A DNA stretch of 64,000 nucleotides from Vermamoeba vermiformis. Its lineage: Eukaryota. The position numbers were made by a program, and so were the translations under genes. The stretch covers positions 1 to 64,000 of the forward strand of contig JBEWZL010000062.1 in assembly GCA_045837725.1 (NCBI GenBank), read 5' to 3'. Position 1 is the first letter of the stretch. Each line of letters opens with the position of its first letter. Shown here piece by piece: positions 20,936 through 35,335 of this stretch. Under the pieces are notes generated by a model. It searched no databases and was not told the origin of the DNA. It saw nothing but the letters and a program-made list of their open reading frames with translations.

Positions 20936-21103
20936 TCTTGCCGCGCACGTGCGTGAATCCCAGGAACCCTGGAAAATTACGGGAGAAAAAACGGTTAGAA
21001 ACTCCAACGCAATTACCTTTTCACTAAAACGATAGAGAAACACACTAGTACCTCATTAGAGGAGCGCTTATACCGGGTCTAGAAGGGTTTGTTTGCGAAT
21101 AAG

Positions 21104-23835
21104 ATGGAGCGAGACGATCGGAAAAAAACAGAACAATGACTAGAAACTAAAACCAAGCCCCTAAGGTAATTAATAAATTATAATGACAAATCACACTAAA
21201 TCATGTTAAAAAAAACGTATTTTAATTTCATTTAAAGAGAATGATCGGGAATTTTAATTAACCGGATCAAGTTTAGTGATGTACTAATTTGTTTTCTGCT
21301 TAAGGACGCGTCAACGTATAGCAAAACCTTTTGTGAAGATATACAGATGGTTCGTGAGATTCTTCAGTGACCACACGAATTTTTTCCGAATCCATCTTCT
21401 GGTTTTCGCGGTTATGAGCTTAATTGGCGCTGTAGTCATTTGGGCAATCGAGGGAAGAGAGAAAGAGTACATTGATTGCCTAATTTTGTCTGTGACAGCG
21501 TTTTGGTATGTAAATTTTTCCGTTTTTTGTTTTGATCGGATGTACTCCCGTACAAAAAGGAGGACCTCCGGTCTGAAGTTATACACTTACAATTAAAAAT
21601 TATTTATGCTAATGTACTACTTTCTTGACTAGTGTAAATGGTCTCGTTACGCTCGATCTTGCCGGTTTAAAAACAGGAACCAACGTGTTCGTTATCATAT
21701 GGACGATGCTTGGTAGCGGTGTATTAGCAAGGTATCTTTCTTGGATTCTTTTCGATTTGGTTTAATTTTCCGTAGCTAACCGTTTAAATCCAGCATTGCC
21801 CCGCTCATCATTCGCTTATACTACGTAAAGCACTCCATCAAAAAAGACCCTCGTATTTACATTATTCGAAACGGTCGCAAAGTGACAGATCCAGAGCTAG
21901 TGTTAATTGGCAACTCTCGGCTCGAGTACATTGGCACAAAGTTCATGATCTACATCGTGCTCGGCTATTACTTTGGCACTCAGCTCTTTGGTGCTCTCGT
22001 GCTATGGATCTACTTTGGTGCTTCCTCTTGGGCCTACGACCTCGTCAACAGCCAAGGCGTCAATCCCTATTGGTTCGCGTTCTTCGAGCCCATCACCGCT
22101 TTCTGCAACAACGGTCTCTCCTTGGTTAGCAACAGCTTGGTCTCCTTGAAATCTAGCGCTGGCCTGCTCATCATTTTGGCCTTCGAAGTCCTTTGGGGCA
22201 ACACTGCATTCCCGCTCTTCATGCGGCTCATAGTTTGGGTCTGCAGCAAAATCAGACCGAACAATGCCGTGTTCTCGTACTTGTTGCACCATCCCCGTCG
22301 TGTTTTCTCTCACTTGTTCCCGCACTATCAAACTATATGGCTCCTAATCGTAGTGATAGCCACCAATGTCATTCAGTGGGTCTTCTTTCTTGGTCTTGAA
22401 TGGCACGGACCGATTCTGGCCGACTTCACTGACGGCGAAAAGGTTCTCAACGGCTTCTTCCAGTCAATTAGTACGCGTACTGCCGGATTCAACAGCGTAG
22501 ATCTAAGTCTCTCTCATCCTGCAATGAACGTGCTCTACCTCGGCATGATGTATTTGGCCGTCTATCCTGTCACTGCTTTCATTCGTAGCTCCGCTGCTAG
22601 TGAAAAGAAAAAGACGGCGGCAGAGAAAGCCGACAAGAAGAAAAAGAAAAAAGAAACGGACAGCGACATTGAGCTGAGCGTAAGTTCGAACTTAGCACAT
22701 GTTTTCCAAACACGTGTATCTGACGATTTTTTTAAGCCTAGGGACGCGGTTACTTCTGACGGGCGCAAGTTTCATAACGTACACGTCGTTCATCGTTATC
22801 AAAAACGAAACTCTGCAAGAAGTCCGCCACAAGGTCTGCACGTTCACAAGTCCTCGGACTTCTTCAGTGGCTCTACTAAAGAAAAAGATCGGAGTTCATC
22901 GTCAGAGGAAGACGTCTACAAGCCTCCCAGCATCCGTTCCAAGTCCAAAATTGGATATCAAATCCAAACGCTACTTTACCGTGATATCACGTGGGTGTTC
23001 GTGAGCGTGTTCATTATATGCTGTATAGAAGGTACTATTCCGTAGCAATTGGTTGTTCGGTGACTAACACTTACTAGGCGAAAGGATCCGAACTGATCCC
23101 GATTTCACCATCTTCAAAATTCTATTTGAAGTTGTCAGTGCCTACGGTACAGTCGGCTTGAGTCTCGGCTACCCCAACGTCACCACAAGCTTCTGTTCTG
23201 TATGGACGACCGGTTCCAAAGTCATCATTTGCATTGTCATGGTGATGGGTCGTCATCGTGGTTTGCCCGAGTCCATCGATCCCTCAGTGCGATTGCCCTC
23301 GATCCCTGAGCTAGCAATGGCGAAGAGGTCTCAGCATAAGAAACTTAGGGTCACTTTGACGATGCCCCAATCAAATAGCAGTGCGAGCTCCGACAGCGAA
23401 AGCGTTCCTGATCTGAAAGAAGGGAACGAAGGCGATGTCATTATAGATATGCCTGGAAAGCCCAAGTTGGACACAAATAGTGACAGCGAGACTACCACTA
23501 CAAAGGCAAGCAAAGAGCCCATAAGCTCGTCAATGGACTTTACTACGCCAATCGTTAGACGGTTGCGCCGCCACGCTAGTCTTGAATCTATTTCATTGCC
23601 CTCTGCTAAACGAAGGAGCAAAGAAAAAGACCGCGCTAAAGAACCCTTGCCCGTGCCGTTTGAAGTGGAAAAGCGGCTGTCCACGATTAGTTTGGCCTCT
23701 AACCACACGGTCCGATCTGATCTGGGCTTTGACATCGACTTCTTGGAGCAGGACGAAGAATCTTCTAGCGAAGACTTGCAATGGAAACGCCGGGCATACT
23801 CTCTAGACGACGCCGACAGAGTTGAATACAACTAG
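21104..23835 (+). CDS. Trk/HKT family potassium (cation) transporter
   Basis: Pore-loop motifs ITAFCNNGL, FFQSISTRTAGFNSVDL and FEVVSAYGTVGLSLGYP, plus MGRHRGLP and multiple TM segments. The 5' exon is uncertain (in-frame TGA at ~21137). Confidence 0.92.
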
Positions 23836-24154
23836 CGCAGTGTTTTTAATTCTCGTCTGAATTCAAATGTAGATAAATAATTATTTATATTATTGCAAAC
23901 CACGCATAGACGTAACTCGCTTTACGATGTTGCTAAGGGTTCTACTCCCAGCAGCACGCCGGTTAACCATCCGCGGAGTAGAAAGATCCCTTGTAGGTTT
24001 CCAAACAAGGCGCCAAAGTAAGAATTTAACTACTCCTAAATATATTTAATTTGTACACGAGTTGTTTACCATTTCAAACGCTTCTGTGATTAGAGAAATT
24101 AATTTTAAAAAAAATCCGAATTACATCAATAATTAATCATTTTATGAAATAATA

Positions 24155-25020
24155 ATGTTATCTGCTGTTGTATTTATGTAATAATATTATTTTTAATTTT
24201 TGTCTCGGCAGAATCAGGTTGGCGTGACAGTGTCGTACTTCGCAATCCCTCCGCAGAAGAAAGCGACATTTTGTTCGAAGGCTTACATACCACAGGCATT
24301 ACTTCCATTAGAATACTCAACGAAGAAAATCGGGGTAATCTGGCTGAAGTGGCAAAGTCATTGCAATATCGCGAAGTAGATTCGTATGCAGGGCCACACA
24401 AGGTCGAACAGGACTTTAAGTTCTTCGACAAAGATCACGTGCTCGACAACGATCATCCATTTATGATTTTAAAAGCCCGCTACGAAGCCTGGATCAACGG
24501 TTTATTTCTGTCTAGAAACCCGCGGTCGTTCGCAACGCCGTTCTCGATCAACGAAATAACGGTGAATAAATATCACCCTCAGTCGCGTGGCATCGGCGCT
24601 CATCGAGATCACGCTAGATATTTGAACTTGGTGTCCATATTCGTCCTCGAAGGGTAACAATTACTTTGTTTTCCTACTATCTCACTAATCAGCGTTTAGT
24701 CACGGTAAATTCTTCGTTTGCTCTGACAGAAACAAGAGGTAAGCTAACAAGCCTAGTTGCGCTTCTGCAATTGCCTAATTATTCCTCGTTAGGGACTCTC
24801 GTGAAATTCTCGCCTCGCCAGGTTAGTTCAGTCCACGCACAATAGATTCAAATTTATCAATCAATCACTGACAGGAAGTGTTACGTTGATGCGAGCACCA
24901 GGCCTGTTCAATTTTACAACAAATGACCGGCCGTACCATTACTTGACGGAAGTAACGAGCACCAGGCTTGCGTTGATAATGAGACAAGACTCCAAATACG
25001 GAGCTGAATACGAGAAATAA
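24155..25020 (+). CDS. AlkB-like 2OG-Fe(II) dioxygenase
   Basis: NEITVNKY...GIGAHRD (HxD), and a later exon RPYHYLTEVTSTRLALIMRQ (distal His and RxxxxxR). The start is approximate. Confidence 0.8.
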
Positions 25021-25106
25021 TTAAGGAAGCCAGTAAGTGCAAAATAGAAGTTTTGTTTTAAAATTCAAAATTTACTATTTACAAAATATACTAACAAATG
25101 CCGCAA

Positions 25107-26022
25107 TTAGTATCCAGATTCGATACTGATACCAGTCAACTCACACCTGAAAGGCTCACCGCGGTGCTCGTCCCAGTTGTCTCCGCACTCCCAACAGAAC
25201 TCGTGCTCGCACTTGTAGCAGGTCATGTGCAAGCAACCACCGTTCTTTTCGATCATTGAGAAGCAGTTAGGGCAAGTCTTAGTGTTCTCAGACTGCCACT
25301 TGACGTTCTCGTACTCGGCTTGAACGAGTTCCATGACGTCTTCGATTTCCCAAACGGAATCGACCAAGTTCTCATGCTCTTCGCATTCGCACTTCTTGGC
25401 CATGAATGGCTTGACGTAGAAGTCCTTGTTCTTGCCCAAGAAAGTGAGACCGTAGTGGTTGTCCATAATATTCTTGTAACACTCGACGCAATCCGAGTTG
25501 ACGTGGAAGATCGCATCTCCGTTACAGAAGTAGCAAAACTTATGGAAGCACTGGTCGCAGTTGACGAATTGAGAGAACTTCTCAGGCGGAGTAACGCACT
25601 CGTCACAGACTGGGCAGTTCAAATCCTTGAAAGAAGTGAACGGAACTCCTGAGATGTACATGTCGTAGTCAGAAGGCTCCAAGATCTGTCAAAGCAGGCA
25701 TTGGTACAATCTTAGTATGAATTTACTCGCATTAAGATTTTGAAAAGAATAAAATGGGATCCGTACAAGAAAATGTGATGACGCGTCATTAGGCGTTATT
25801 TGAAAATTTGCACGAAGTAGATTCATTCATAGAACATACCTTCTCGAGATCCTCGTCCTCTAAGTTCTTCTTACACGCAAGGCAAGTCGGCTTAGCGCTG
25901 CCCTTGAAAAATCCAGGCTTTCTGATCTGAATGGTTGCCCATTGCCTAACGCAGTTTGTGCAAACTTGGTCGCAACACGCGAGTAAATCGTTGACCTCGC
26001 AACATATCATGCACTCTGCCAT
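25107..26022 (-). CDS. RBR (RING-IBR-RING, Ariadne-like) E3 ubiquitin ligase
   Basis: Exon 1 has a RING-like CMICC...CTNC...CLAC. Exon 2 has IBR CPVC...CDQCFHKFCYFC and RING2 TKTCPNCFSMIEKNGGCLHMTCYKCEHEFCWEC. Confidence 0.9.
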
Positions 26023-26913
26023 GATCGCTATTACTTTTAATTATTGTTCTTCGTTTACGCTAGTTGTAGTAAAGACCTAAATCGGATCATTCACAATTTC
26101 CGAACTCGTGTTGTCGTTGAGCTGTTATTTGTTCAGTTGTTGCTCCGAATATGACAAAATAACGCCAATGATCGATATTTCTAGCCAAATCTTCTGTTAT
26201 TTTTCCCTGGCAAGCACAGCGCAAACTGTTCTACTAATTTTCTCGAAATTCCTTTGCAGCGTGACACGTGTCAGTTCGAGATGGTCTCTGTACGACTGTT
26301 CGACAGTTTGACGAGAACACAGCAGCTCAAGCAGAACTTGCGAGCACGTTTGGAATTCCACTTTTGCTAGTCTCACTTTTACCGAGCACTGCTATAAACG
26401 CTACACCTACCCGAAAATAATAGAGAGTACATTAGGAGATTTACGAGGTATTTGATTGCGGGAGTCTCGAATTTATGTAAAGTAAATCTAGATTTGTAGC
26501 TAAGCACATTGGGAGGTACGAATTAGTCTCTGAAATAGTGACCTTGCTCAAGGAATTATTTGGGAATTTTAGTTAATTTGTAAGCTAGCAAATACTACTT
26601 AAATTAATTTAGCAATTCAGTACCTTTCTCGGATTTCATCTCCTCATTGTAGGGACAATGACTAATTAACTGGTACCACTTATGCAGTACTAGAGGGTAA
26701 GCACGTAGCTGTGGTACTGGGGTTCCACCTCGTGGTCTTGAAGCGAAGACAAAAATTGGGCAGCAAAAAAAAAACGGTTAGTTTTCGCGTATTTCTATTG
26801 TTGTTTGACCAAAGAGCACAATACCAACAGTTCTATTATTTATTTGTAATTATTTGTACATAGAGCACAGCATTTATTTGGATAAGCTTTATTATTGTTA
26901 TTATTTGAAATAG

Positions 26914-29900
26914 ATGAGCAGCGACGGCGAATTCGAGCGCTCGAGTGGGAATAACACAGATGACGAATTAGATAGCCCTTCGCGCCGCAATTATGATAGT
27001 GCCTCGAAGAGGCGCAAAAGCAAGAGCAAGCAAATCCCGATCAAAAAAGGTCACTCACGAAGCAACTCATCTGAGCTTCACGCGCGTCCTTCAGCAGAAA
27101 ATTTCTCAAAACATATGAGCCATGTACATAAAATCGAGACTTTTACGCAGCTTCATACCTCACATTCACCACCAGACGGAATTATTGATCCAAAACTTCT
27201 CGACAATAAGGCTGAAGATGTAGTGGAACAATCCTCGTCAGCACCAGAGCCTAGTATTACACCACTGCAAATTAGTGCCCAAAATCCAAAGTCAAACTTG
27301 AAGAGTGTTAGACGAGTATTGTCAGATCGGAAAATTAGATTTTCTGAAACGAAGTCTGACACGGACCAGGAAGCCGCAAGGTATGCCGATAATTTATATT
27401 AAATATTATAAAAATTTTACGTGTTGTTAATGCACGAAATACTAATGAGAATCTTGTTAATTTAGGGATTTGAGGTCTGACTCGTCTAGCGGTAAGACTG
27501 CCTAAATTTTGAAATACAAAATAATTTGTCAAAATATTAAAAAACAAATCAGTTTACGCTGCAAGATAAGCACTTCACAGCTTTGTGATGGATCCTTTAG
27601 AAATTTCGTTTTTTTGTATTTTCCTTATTTTTCGTGTCAAATCTCACTTATCTCAATTATTAAAGAGCTAATATCTCCGATTGTACGCACAATATTCTAA
27701 TAATATTTATTTATATGTGCAGACAAAGGTTCTCCACCCAAATTCGATCGTGACATGACGTTCTACCAACACGACGAAGATAGTAGTGAAGACGTACAAG
27801 TCTTAGAATACGTCGATGTGCACGTTAAATCGTTGGAAGAGAAGTAAGTCATTTCACGGTTAGCACGATTGAACGTAGCAGTTTGATCCAAAGCTACGAT
27901 CAGCTACATTACTCAAAGTTCAGCTTTACTTCTTACGACTCTCGTGCGTGTACTAATTGCCCTCTAGTTTTGGCATGCACAAGGCAGTGCAAATGTACGT
28001 CAACTTTTTGCAAGAAGTTTACACCGACATTGACGAAGAAAGCATCCCGGTACGCATTTCATTATGGAATTTGCATTTTATACGTTCATATTACCACTTA
28101 GTATCATTGAGTGGTACCATTTAGGCTCCCATAATATTTCTTACTGACTTTTCCTCGGGTGCAGAAAATTGTTGAGAGATATCAAAAGTGGTTGTTCATG
28201 AAATCAAAACGGCCAGAGAAGTTACTCTACATGCCGTTAGGTAATACCACTATACAATAGATGTCGGCTATTATCCTATGTCAAATTACAGCACCAATCT
28301 CTAGATACTGTTCGTTTATCCGTGGACCGTATTCGACAAAGTTGTGCTCATATTTTTTTATTTTTGCTTTTAATGCAATTCTAACCTATCTATTAATCAC
28401 TAACATTATTCTTTGTTGATAGATGTCTTGTTCATTTTCTCAGTGCACATCACCTTTTTGAGCAGCTGGGACAAATTATCACAAACTCTTTTCGGCAAAC
28501 TTCGAAAGCCAAGTGACTTAGGCCGACGAGACGAGAACCTACTACGACCCACGAACCGGAAGTGGCTGCGCTATTACGGAGAAACCCTTTACAAATCACC
28601 GTACTGGGAGAGCAGCAGTCACGATGTTCGTGCTGAGTTTCCTACGGAGTGGAAGGTAACCAAACCGCGAAATATATAACACGTGGCCAATCCGTCTAAC
28701 CTCTCTATTAGCAGTTAACTATTGACATAGACCTGATCGCGGCAGCCAAGGAACGACTGATGTTTTTGCGTCGATTAGAGAGCGAGCTTGATCTCAATCA
28801 ACTGACCTCAAAAGTGTTCTACAAGCAGTCTAAGAAGCAGTACCAAGAGTTCTTGTTCAAATTATATCACCCCAATATAGCACAGAATTTACGTGCCCCA
28901 CCCGACAGTGAAGATGAGGACGATGAAGAGGACGTGCGATTGGCGTCAAAAAGAAAGCGTGGTCAGAACAACGACACTACTATCGAAATGAAGCCGATCA
29001 CGCCGCGAGACAAGGGAAATGAAGCGAGCAGCAGTGACGGAGAAGTGTCCCTCAGCTTGCCAATTGGCTCACCAAGAGACAGTACGTTACATATAAACTT
29101 TACTAACACGCTTATAACGCCTCTTTTAGCTTCGAGTCGCCACTCTTCAGGCAAATCAGCCGCAGATCCGTTAGCGCTGATGACTGTATGCGCCGGTGGT
29201 GTTAAAGATGTGCGACCAAACTCAGCAGTGACCGAGCTGTTCTGGCAAACTCACTTGCAGAATCCCAAGCGCTACCGAAAAGATTTGCGAGCTTTGTCTA
29301 AGCTGGCAGAACTACTCGAAGAAGAGAAGGCCAAAGAGCGGCGCATGTTCGAACGAAGAAAACGCGAGCGAGATAACATGCAGCGTAAAAGCCAAGAGCG
29401 AAAGCGAGGCGAATTATCTGACCGTAAGACATTCCCCTTTGCTAGTCGCGATCATAATAGTAACGGTTTTGTAGGTGAGAGCGATGACTTGAAATCAAAG
29501 AAAAAGAACTCCAAGGAATCCTCCAAGGCCACACGGGAGCCTATTTCACAGTCACAAAAGAAGACTAATCGTGTCAGCAGTAGTGGCAGCGGCCTCGAGT
29601 CCCTGAAATCAAGTATCAAATCGCCAGAAAGCAGGAGCTCCGTGAGTGGTCACGATCGCACGCACGACCGAGACAATCATCGTAGCGGCCATCACCACAG
29701 TTCACGGCGCAATGGCACCTCGAATCATCATTCGCGCCGACAGATCCAGAACGAGGATAGCGACGACGATATAGAAGGTAAGGATATTCTTGTCTCTTAA
29801 GCTGTACTCATGTTTTGTTATTCGCAGCTGGTCGTCCTAGCGTGGAGCACGATGACTTCGACGAAACTGACGACATTCTCGTGGCTGCCGTAAGCTCGAA

Positions 29901-30282
29901 GAAAGTTAAAAGTGAACTGCATAAGCGTCGCTCGTTAATTAGAACGCTGGGCACGGTATTATTCGTGATTACTATTTCTTTTGCTTTGGGTAAGTTGACT
30001 TCAATGTCGCGAATCTAGATCAGATCGCCCATCTTTTGTTAGCCTGATGACTTAACATGGTTTCTTATTATGCTAGCTATATTGGTGGCTTTAGCTGTAG
30101 GAGTATCACGCGGTCCAATACCACAGGATTGGATGGCTCTCGGAATTTTCGGCATGGTGATCTGCGTCTTCACAACTATTTTTGGACTTTTTATTTGCTT
30201 ATGGTAAGTTAGCAAGTTGTACTGCCAGTAATACTAACGACTGTTATATGATAGTCCTCAACGAATCAACATCTATGTGTAA
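26914..30282 (+). CDS. Hypothetical multi-exon protein with C-terminal transmembrane segments
   Basis: ORFs 26914-27402, 28413-28679, 28760-29800 and 29815-30018 are linked by GT-AG introns. Hydrophobic helices lie in the last exons (29940-30205). No family was recognised. Confidence 0.6.
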
Positions 30283-30610
30283 ATTGTAAATAAATGTACG
30301 TAAACTCAGGCGCCGCCTAATACAGTTTCTGGCATTTATGCTTTCGATACGAGAAATCCGTTCAACTTGAAGATCTGTTGTGGAGAGTAAAGACTGGTGT
30401 GCAATCACGCGGAGGAATGTCCATTAGCAGCGATGGCAGCATCTTCTTAGCGTCGTCGGCTTATGACCTGTTTGGCACGAAAAACACTCCCTGGGTGGTG
30501 TCACTCGGTTGCTGGAACGCGCTTAAACGGCGATGGAACTAACTGTGTAAAAGATGAAAAGAATACCTTTGACATCGAAGGTGTTATTCATGTTACTATA
30601 CAATACATTG

Positions 30611-31627
30611 TTACTGCACAATACATCGTTCTTTGTCTTTTTTCTTTTCACTAGGATTTTTCTCTCGCATTAGAAGAACAATTTTGGCTACTTCTTGCAT
30701 TATCTCCTTTAAACCTCGATTTTTAAGCGAAGAACTTCGTATAATATTAGCGTTAGTATTTTACCATTGAAGCAGTCAATATTACCATTCAAAGTATTTG
30801 ACGGCTCCAATCTGCTTCGCTAATTCTTCTCCCTCCTCGTGCCTGATTATCTGGCCAGTTCGCAAAGCTTCGGGGTCAGGATGATCATCTCTTAAGTCGG
30901 TTTTGCATCCTACAAGTACAAAAGGGACTTTTGGGCAATGTTGGCGGATCTAAATTTTCGGAGAGGTACGCGAGAACATTTTATATTAAAGAGCTACTAA
31001 CGAGACTTACTTCGGGAATCCACTACTCAAGTAAACTGTTAGTCTATGTAAAAACATGTAGTGGCATTTTACCTTTGTAATGTCATTAAAGCTTGCTCGA
31101 TCTGCAACAGAAAAACACACGAGGAAGATCTCGGTATTGGGATAAGATAATGGTCGCAATCTGGCTATAAATGTGCATTAATAAGGTACAATTGGTATAC
31201 TAGCTTACCATATTCATCGGAACCACCAACAGTCCATAGTTCAATATCAACGGCAAGATCCTCGTTCGAGGCCTTGTGTAAATCGCATTAATTTTCATTC
31301 ATATATATTATTTCTTAATAATATCATATTTACCTCAAAGACATAGTTATCTTGCCACTAATAAAAATTAAAGAATAATTAATTAAAAGTAAATCGAAAT
31401 TGCTTGTAGGTTACTTACACCAGGAACGTAGTCAGTTGGGCAATGTCCATAGTGTAGCGTCCATATAAAATGTCTCTGTAATTAAACGGTAAGTGTCATG
31501 TCAATTTACCGAATCAGATCGCGTATCGCACCTTTCCGGCTAATAAATTACCGACAAAAACACTTTTGATGCTCCGTTCTATTTTATTTTTCGCTTTTTT
31601 TTCGTTATTGTCTTTATTGTGTTCCAT
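30611..31627 (-). CDS. Atypical Rho/Rac-family GTPase-like protein (paralog A), CAAX CIVQ
   Basis: The spliced translation includes [71 protein letters not shown] and ends [11 protein letters not shown]. Confidence 0.88.
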
Positions 31628-31856
31628 CTCTTCGTTTTTCAACGCATGAATGTGTCAATTTTTCTAAATTTACACTCAAAGCGAGGTGAAGATTTGCTGT
31701 AACCACGTAAATTTATTGAATTTATGAAGAAATGCATGCCGCAAGACACGACAAGTCAGCTTTTATCGTGCACCTAAATTACATTGAATTCTTAATCAAC
31801 AATTTTATTTACAATAATAAATAACATCGCAGTCGATATCGCTCGACATGCGAATC

Positions 31857-34800
31857 TTATTTATCTCGTTGCTTTTTGCGATCTTCTTTCGTCGAATCTT
31901 CGCCTAATCGTTCAAATTCTTCTTGGATCTCCTTCGAGACGGTGTATTCTCCGTCAACACCCTTGATAAATCGTGCATCTCTTCGCAATATATTCGTCAT
32001 GGCTTTTCTCCACTTAGTCTGGTTCGCTCTTCCAGGAACCAATTCGTGATTTAATTCATTTGAAAAATGATCTTCTACGTAGTCACAGATCTCGTCCATC
32101 GTGCCCTAATAATATTCTCGTAAGTATATTAGCTAGTATATGGCTATTGTATTATGCTTACGCTGTAGCCGGGCAAGTGTTTAAATGCAGACAACAACAT
32201 GTTTGCGTAGCCTGTTGTAGATCTCCACATGCCGTCTTTGCGGAACGTTCCAGAAGTGATAATTTTCTAATTAAAACATTATTATAGGAATATTAAGTAC
32301 GTGAATCAATGTATTAGCCCTTACCTTCTTTTTCTTTTTAGGCGAGAACTCTCCGGTCAGTTTCAACGCCGTGTATTTTTTGCGCACCGAATCAGCGCTT
32401 CGTTGTAATGTCGATGCAATTGCCTAGTAATTTCATTTAGTTATTTGTAAGATAGTGCGGTTCAATGAATAATAATAATAAGAAAATTTGGTAATTTGCG
32501 AAAAAAAAGTAATGGTACGAGCATAAACGCCTTACCTCCCAATCATTCGAATTGCTTGGAGCCTGTTCAACGACCAAATCGATCAACTTCAGTTTCTCGC
32601 GCGGTGACCACATTCGCCATTTCTGATCCAGCACACTGATGCTTTCGTCAGAACTTGATTCTTCCTCTGAACTGGACTCTTTCTTATCTTTTTTCTTTTG
32701 GCTTGATCTACGTCGGGTTATTAGTACCAATACTCAAATTGAAAAAAATCCGGATCCGATCCGGATCGAGGTAAAAAAGGAAGGACTGAGATCTGCGGTC
32801 GAGAAAATCTGACTAAGTGATAGTAATGACTTACTTCTCTTCTGCTTTCTTTTTCTTTGGTTTCGGAGTTTTAAAGTTATCAACACTCTTCTCTTCTTTG
32901 TCTTCATTCTTCTTCGCGGAGGTTTTGGCTTTCTTTTTAACTTTTTGAGACTCTTCTTCGTCCGACGACTCTTTCTCGTCTCGTTTTCGCTTCTTGCCTC
33001 GCTTGGATCCTTCTGCATTATTGTTCTTCTCGAAATTAGTGTTATTTTCCTTTTCCGTCGGTTGGCTATTCGCTATTTGTTCGCTTTCAATCATATCAGC
33101 GTCGTCAATCTCTTCCTCGACCTCCTTGGATTTTTTTGTGGACGATTTTTTCTTCGAATTATTTTCGTCAGACGATTTGGTTGCTTTTGATTTAGCAGGG
33201 GATTTAGCCTTTGTATAAACCTTGGTTGGTGACTTGGGGAACGCTCTTTTTTTACTAGGGCTCATAATGGCGGCGTTGTCGGACTCGTCAAAAGCAAAGA
33301 CATTCTTATCGGGCACCGGTCTCTTATTATTGTTATTTTGAACCTCTTCTTCGCTGCTACTGCTGCTATCTTCTTTTTCCTCCTTCGATTCATTTCTACT
33401 TCGTTCTTTTTCGCGAACACTGCGAGATCTGCTTCGTGATCTGGACCGACTTCGTGACCTGCTCTTGGATCGATCACGTGACTTTGATTTTTTGCCTTTT
33501 TCGTCTGTCTTTTCTTTGCTCTTTGATCGAGGTGTACGACTAGACTTTGATTTGCTCTTTTCTTTCGCGCTCTTTTGTGATGAATCGTCAATCTCCATCG
33601 CATCGTCGTCTTCGTTCTTTTTGTTCGTGTTGGATTTGGACGAAGACCTCTTTTTCTTCTTGCCTTCATTTGCACTCTCTTCTTCTTGATCTTCATCCCG
33701 ACTCTCGTCTTTCTCTTTCGACTTCGAAGATTTTTTCTTAGCACTAGCGCTAGAGCTCTTTCTCTTCTTGCCATCAGTTGCACTCTCTTCTTCTTCTTGA
33801 CCTTCATCCTGACTCTCGTCTTTCTCTTTCGACTTCGAGGATTTTTTCTTAGCACTGGCGCTGGAGCTCTTTTTCTTTGCCGGTGCTGCCTTTTTCTTCG
33901 GCTTTTCAACCTCTTCGACGCTCTCCTCTTCGTCTTTGCTCTTTTTGCTTTTTTCGGCCGCTCCGGTGTTTTTCTTGTCGTTCTTTCGGATGCTCGCCTG
34001 CGACTTGATCTCGTCACTTTCCGCTTCAGAACTCTCGCCTTGTACTTCGACATGAAAAGAGCTCTCGTTAGGAGGCACTATATTAGTCTCGACGATAGCT
34101 GCTTTCCAAGAACTTGGCTGACTTGGCGGATGATCGCTTGTCGCATCCGATCTGGCAGAATGTTCTTCTTCGTCATCATCATCCTTGGTCTGCTCGTCCT
34201 TATCGTTTGCCTCATTCTTTTTGGCAATAATTTGTGGTGGCTTATTAGTAACTTGAGCTTCAGTCGCATCGTCTTCTTCGATCTGATCCTCGATCACCTC
34301 GTCTTTGTCAGCAGTGATATTGACTAGTTGTGTAGGTTCTACTTCATTAGGCAATGCGTTATTAATTGCCGCTGTGAGTATATTACGCTGCGTCTCTTCT
34401 TCGTCAGCTTGGCTCAGATCCTTTGGTTGAGACAAGATCTGCGTTGCCTCCGGATCCACCGGCGGTTGATTGTCACTGCTAATAATATTACTTTCATTTT
34501 CACCGTTGTTATTCTCTTCATTTTCTTCGCCGTTATCGTCTTGACTAGCGTTGGGACCTTTTTTCTTCGACTTCTTTTTCTTTTTCTTTGCCGCTCGTTT
34601 CTTCGTCGGAGATTGTGCCGAGGGAATCTCTCCATCGCTAGTGTTGTTATTGTTGGTATTATTGTTGTTGTTATTATCGGAAGACGATTGAGCTGCCAGT
34701 CGGGTAGATCTTCTCGTGGGAGTTGATTGAGCCAATGGCGGCGAGTTCAGGGAGCCTCCCGAGCCACCAGAATTTGACTGGGAATTGGATTGAGCCAAAT

Positions 34801-35335
34801 GCCTAAATAAGGAAATATTATTAGCGGGTTACAAATGAGCATAAATTTGCATTAAAGCACGTTATCCCTATTCATTTTTCAAAATTCTTCGTTATTATTA
34901 TCATTATTATATGCATATAATAAATAAAATAGCTAAATTAATCTAAATATTGGGCTAGGAAAACGTACAAAAATTTCCATTGAGAGATCTCATTCTGACT
35001 ATACCCGTCACTCTCCTCGTTTTCTTGTTGCTGTAAGCGCAGCAAATTTTCTTCAGTATCTGCGATGTATCTATTTAACTTTTCTTGCGTAGTCTCATCG
35101 GGCGGGCTGCTTTGGATCGCGATCGGCTTTTCCTAAAAAGTTTTGAATGAAAATCAATTGTGACCTATTTCTCGCTTCGAAATTGTAATGTCGCGATTAA
35201 ATACTATCTCGAATAAATCTTTTTAGATTATTTCTCCTTTCCTGAATTTTTAGCTTTGCTTACCGGCTGATCTTTTTCGCTCGCTTTGCGTGTCGAGGCT
35301 CTAGTTTGTCTAGCGTTATTGTTATTGGCACTCAT
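31857..35335 (-). CDS. Large low-complexity nuclear protein with a C-terminal Myb/SANT domain and a forkhead/H15-like winged helix
   Basis: The charged 655-aa exon 32831-34798 has RS repeats. Myb-like WSPREKLKLIDLVVEQAPSNSNDWE|AIASTLQRSADSVRKKY; winged-helix-like GYANMLLSAFKHLPGYS|GTMDEICDYVEDHF...KWRKAMTNILRRDARF. Confidence 0.7.
33655..33875. repeat. Coding tandem duplication (~111 bp x2)
   Basis: SSSASAKKKSSKSKEKDES(Q/R)DE occurs twice in ORF 32831-34798. Confidence 0.8.

Noticed and set aside
21104-21165. In-frame TGA in the putative first exon of the Trk transporter (recoding or alternative code?)
   Set aside because: TGA serves as a normal stop elsewhere (e.g. 37656-37658). A base error or a different first exon is more likely.
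30595-30630. Short duplication after the Rho paralog A stop giving a second CIV* motif
   Set aside because: It is an ~18-bp local duplication in the 3' UTR, absent from paralog B, with no evidence of read-through.
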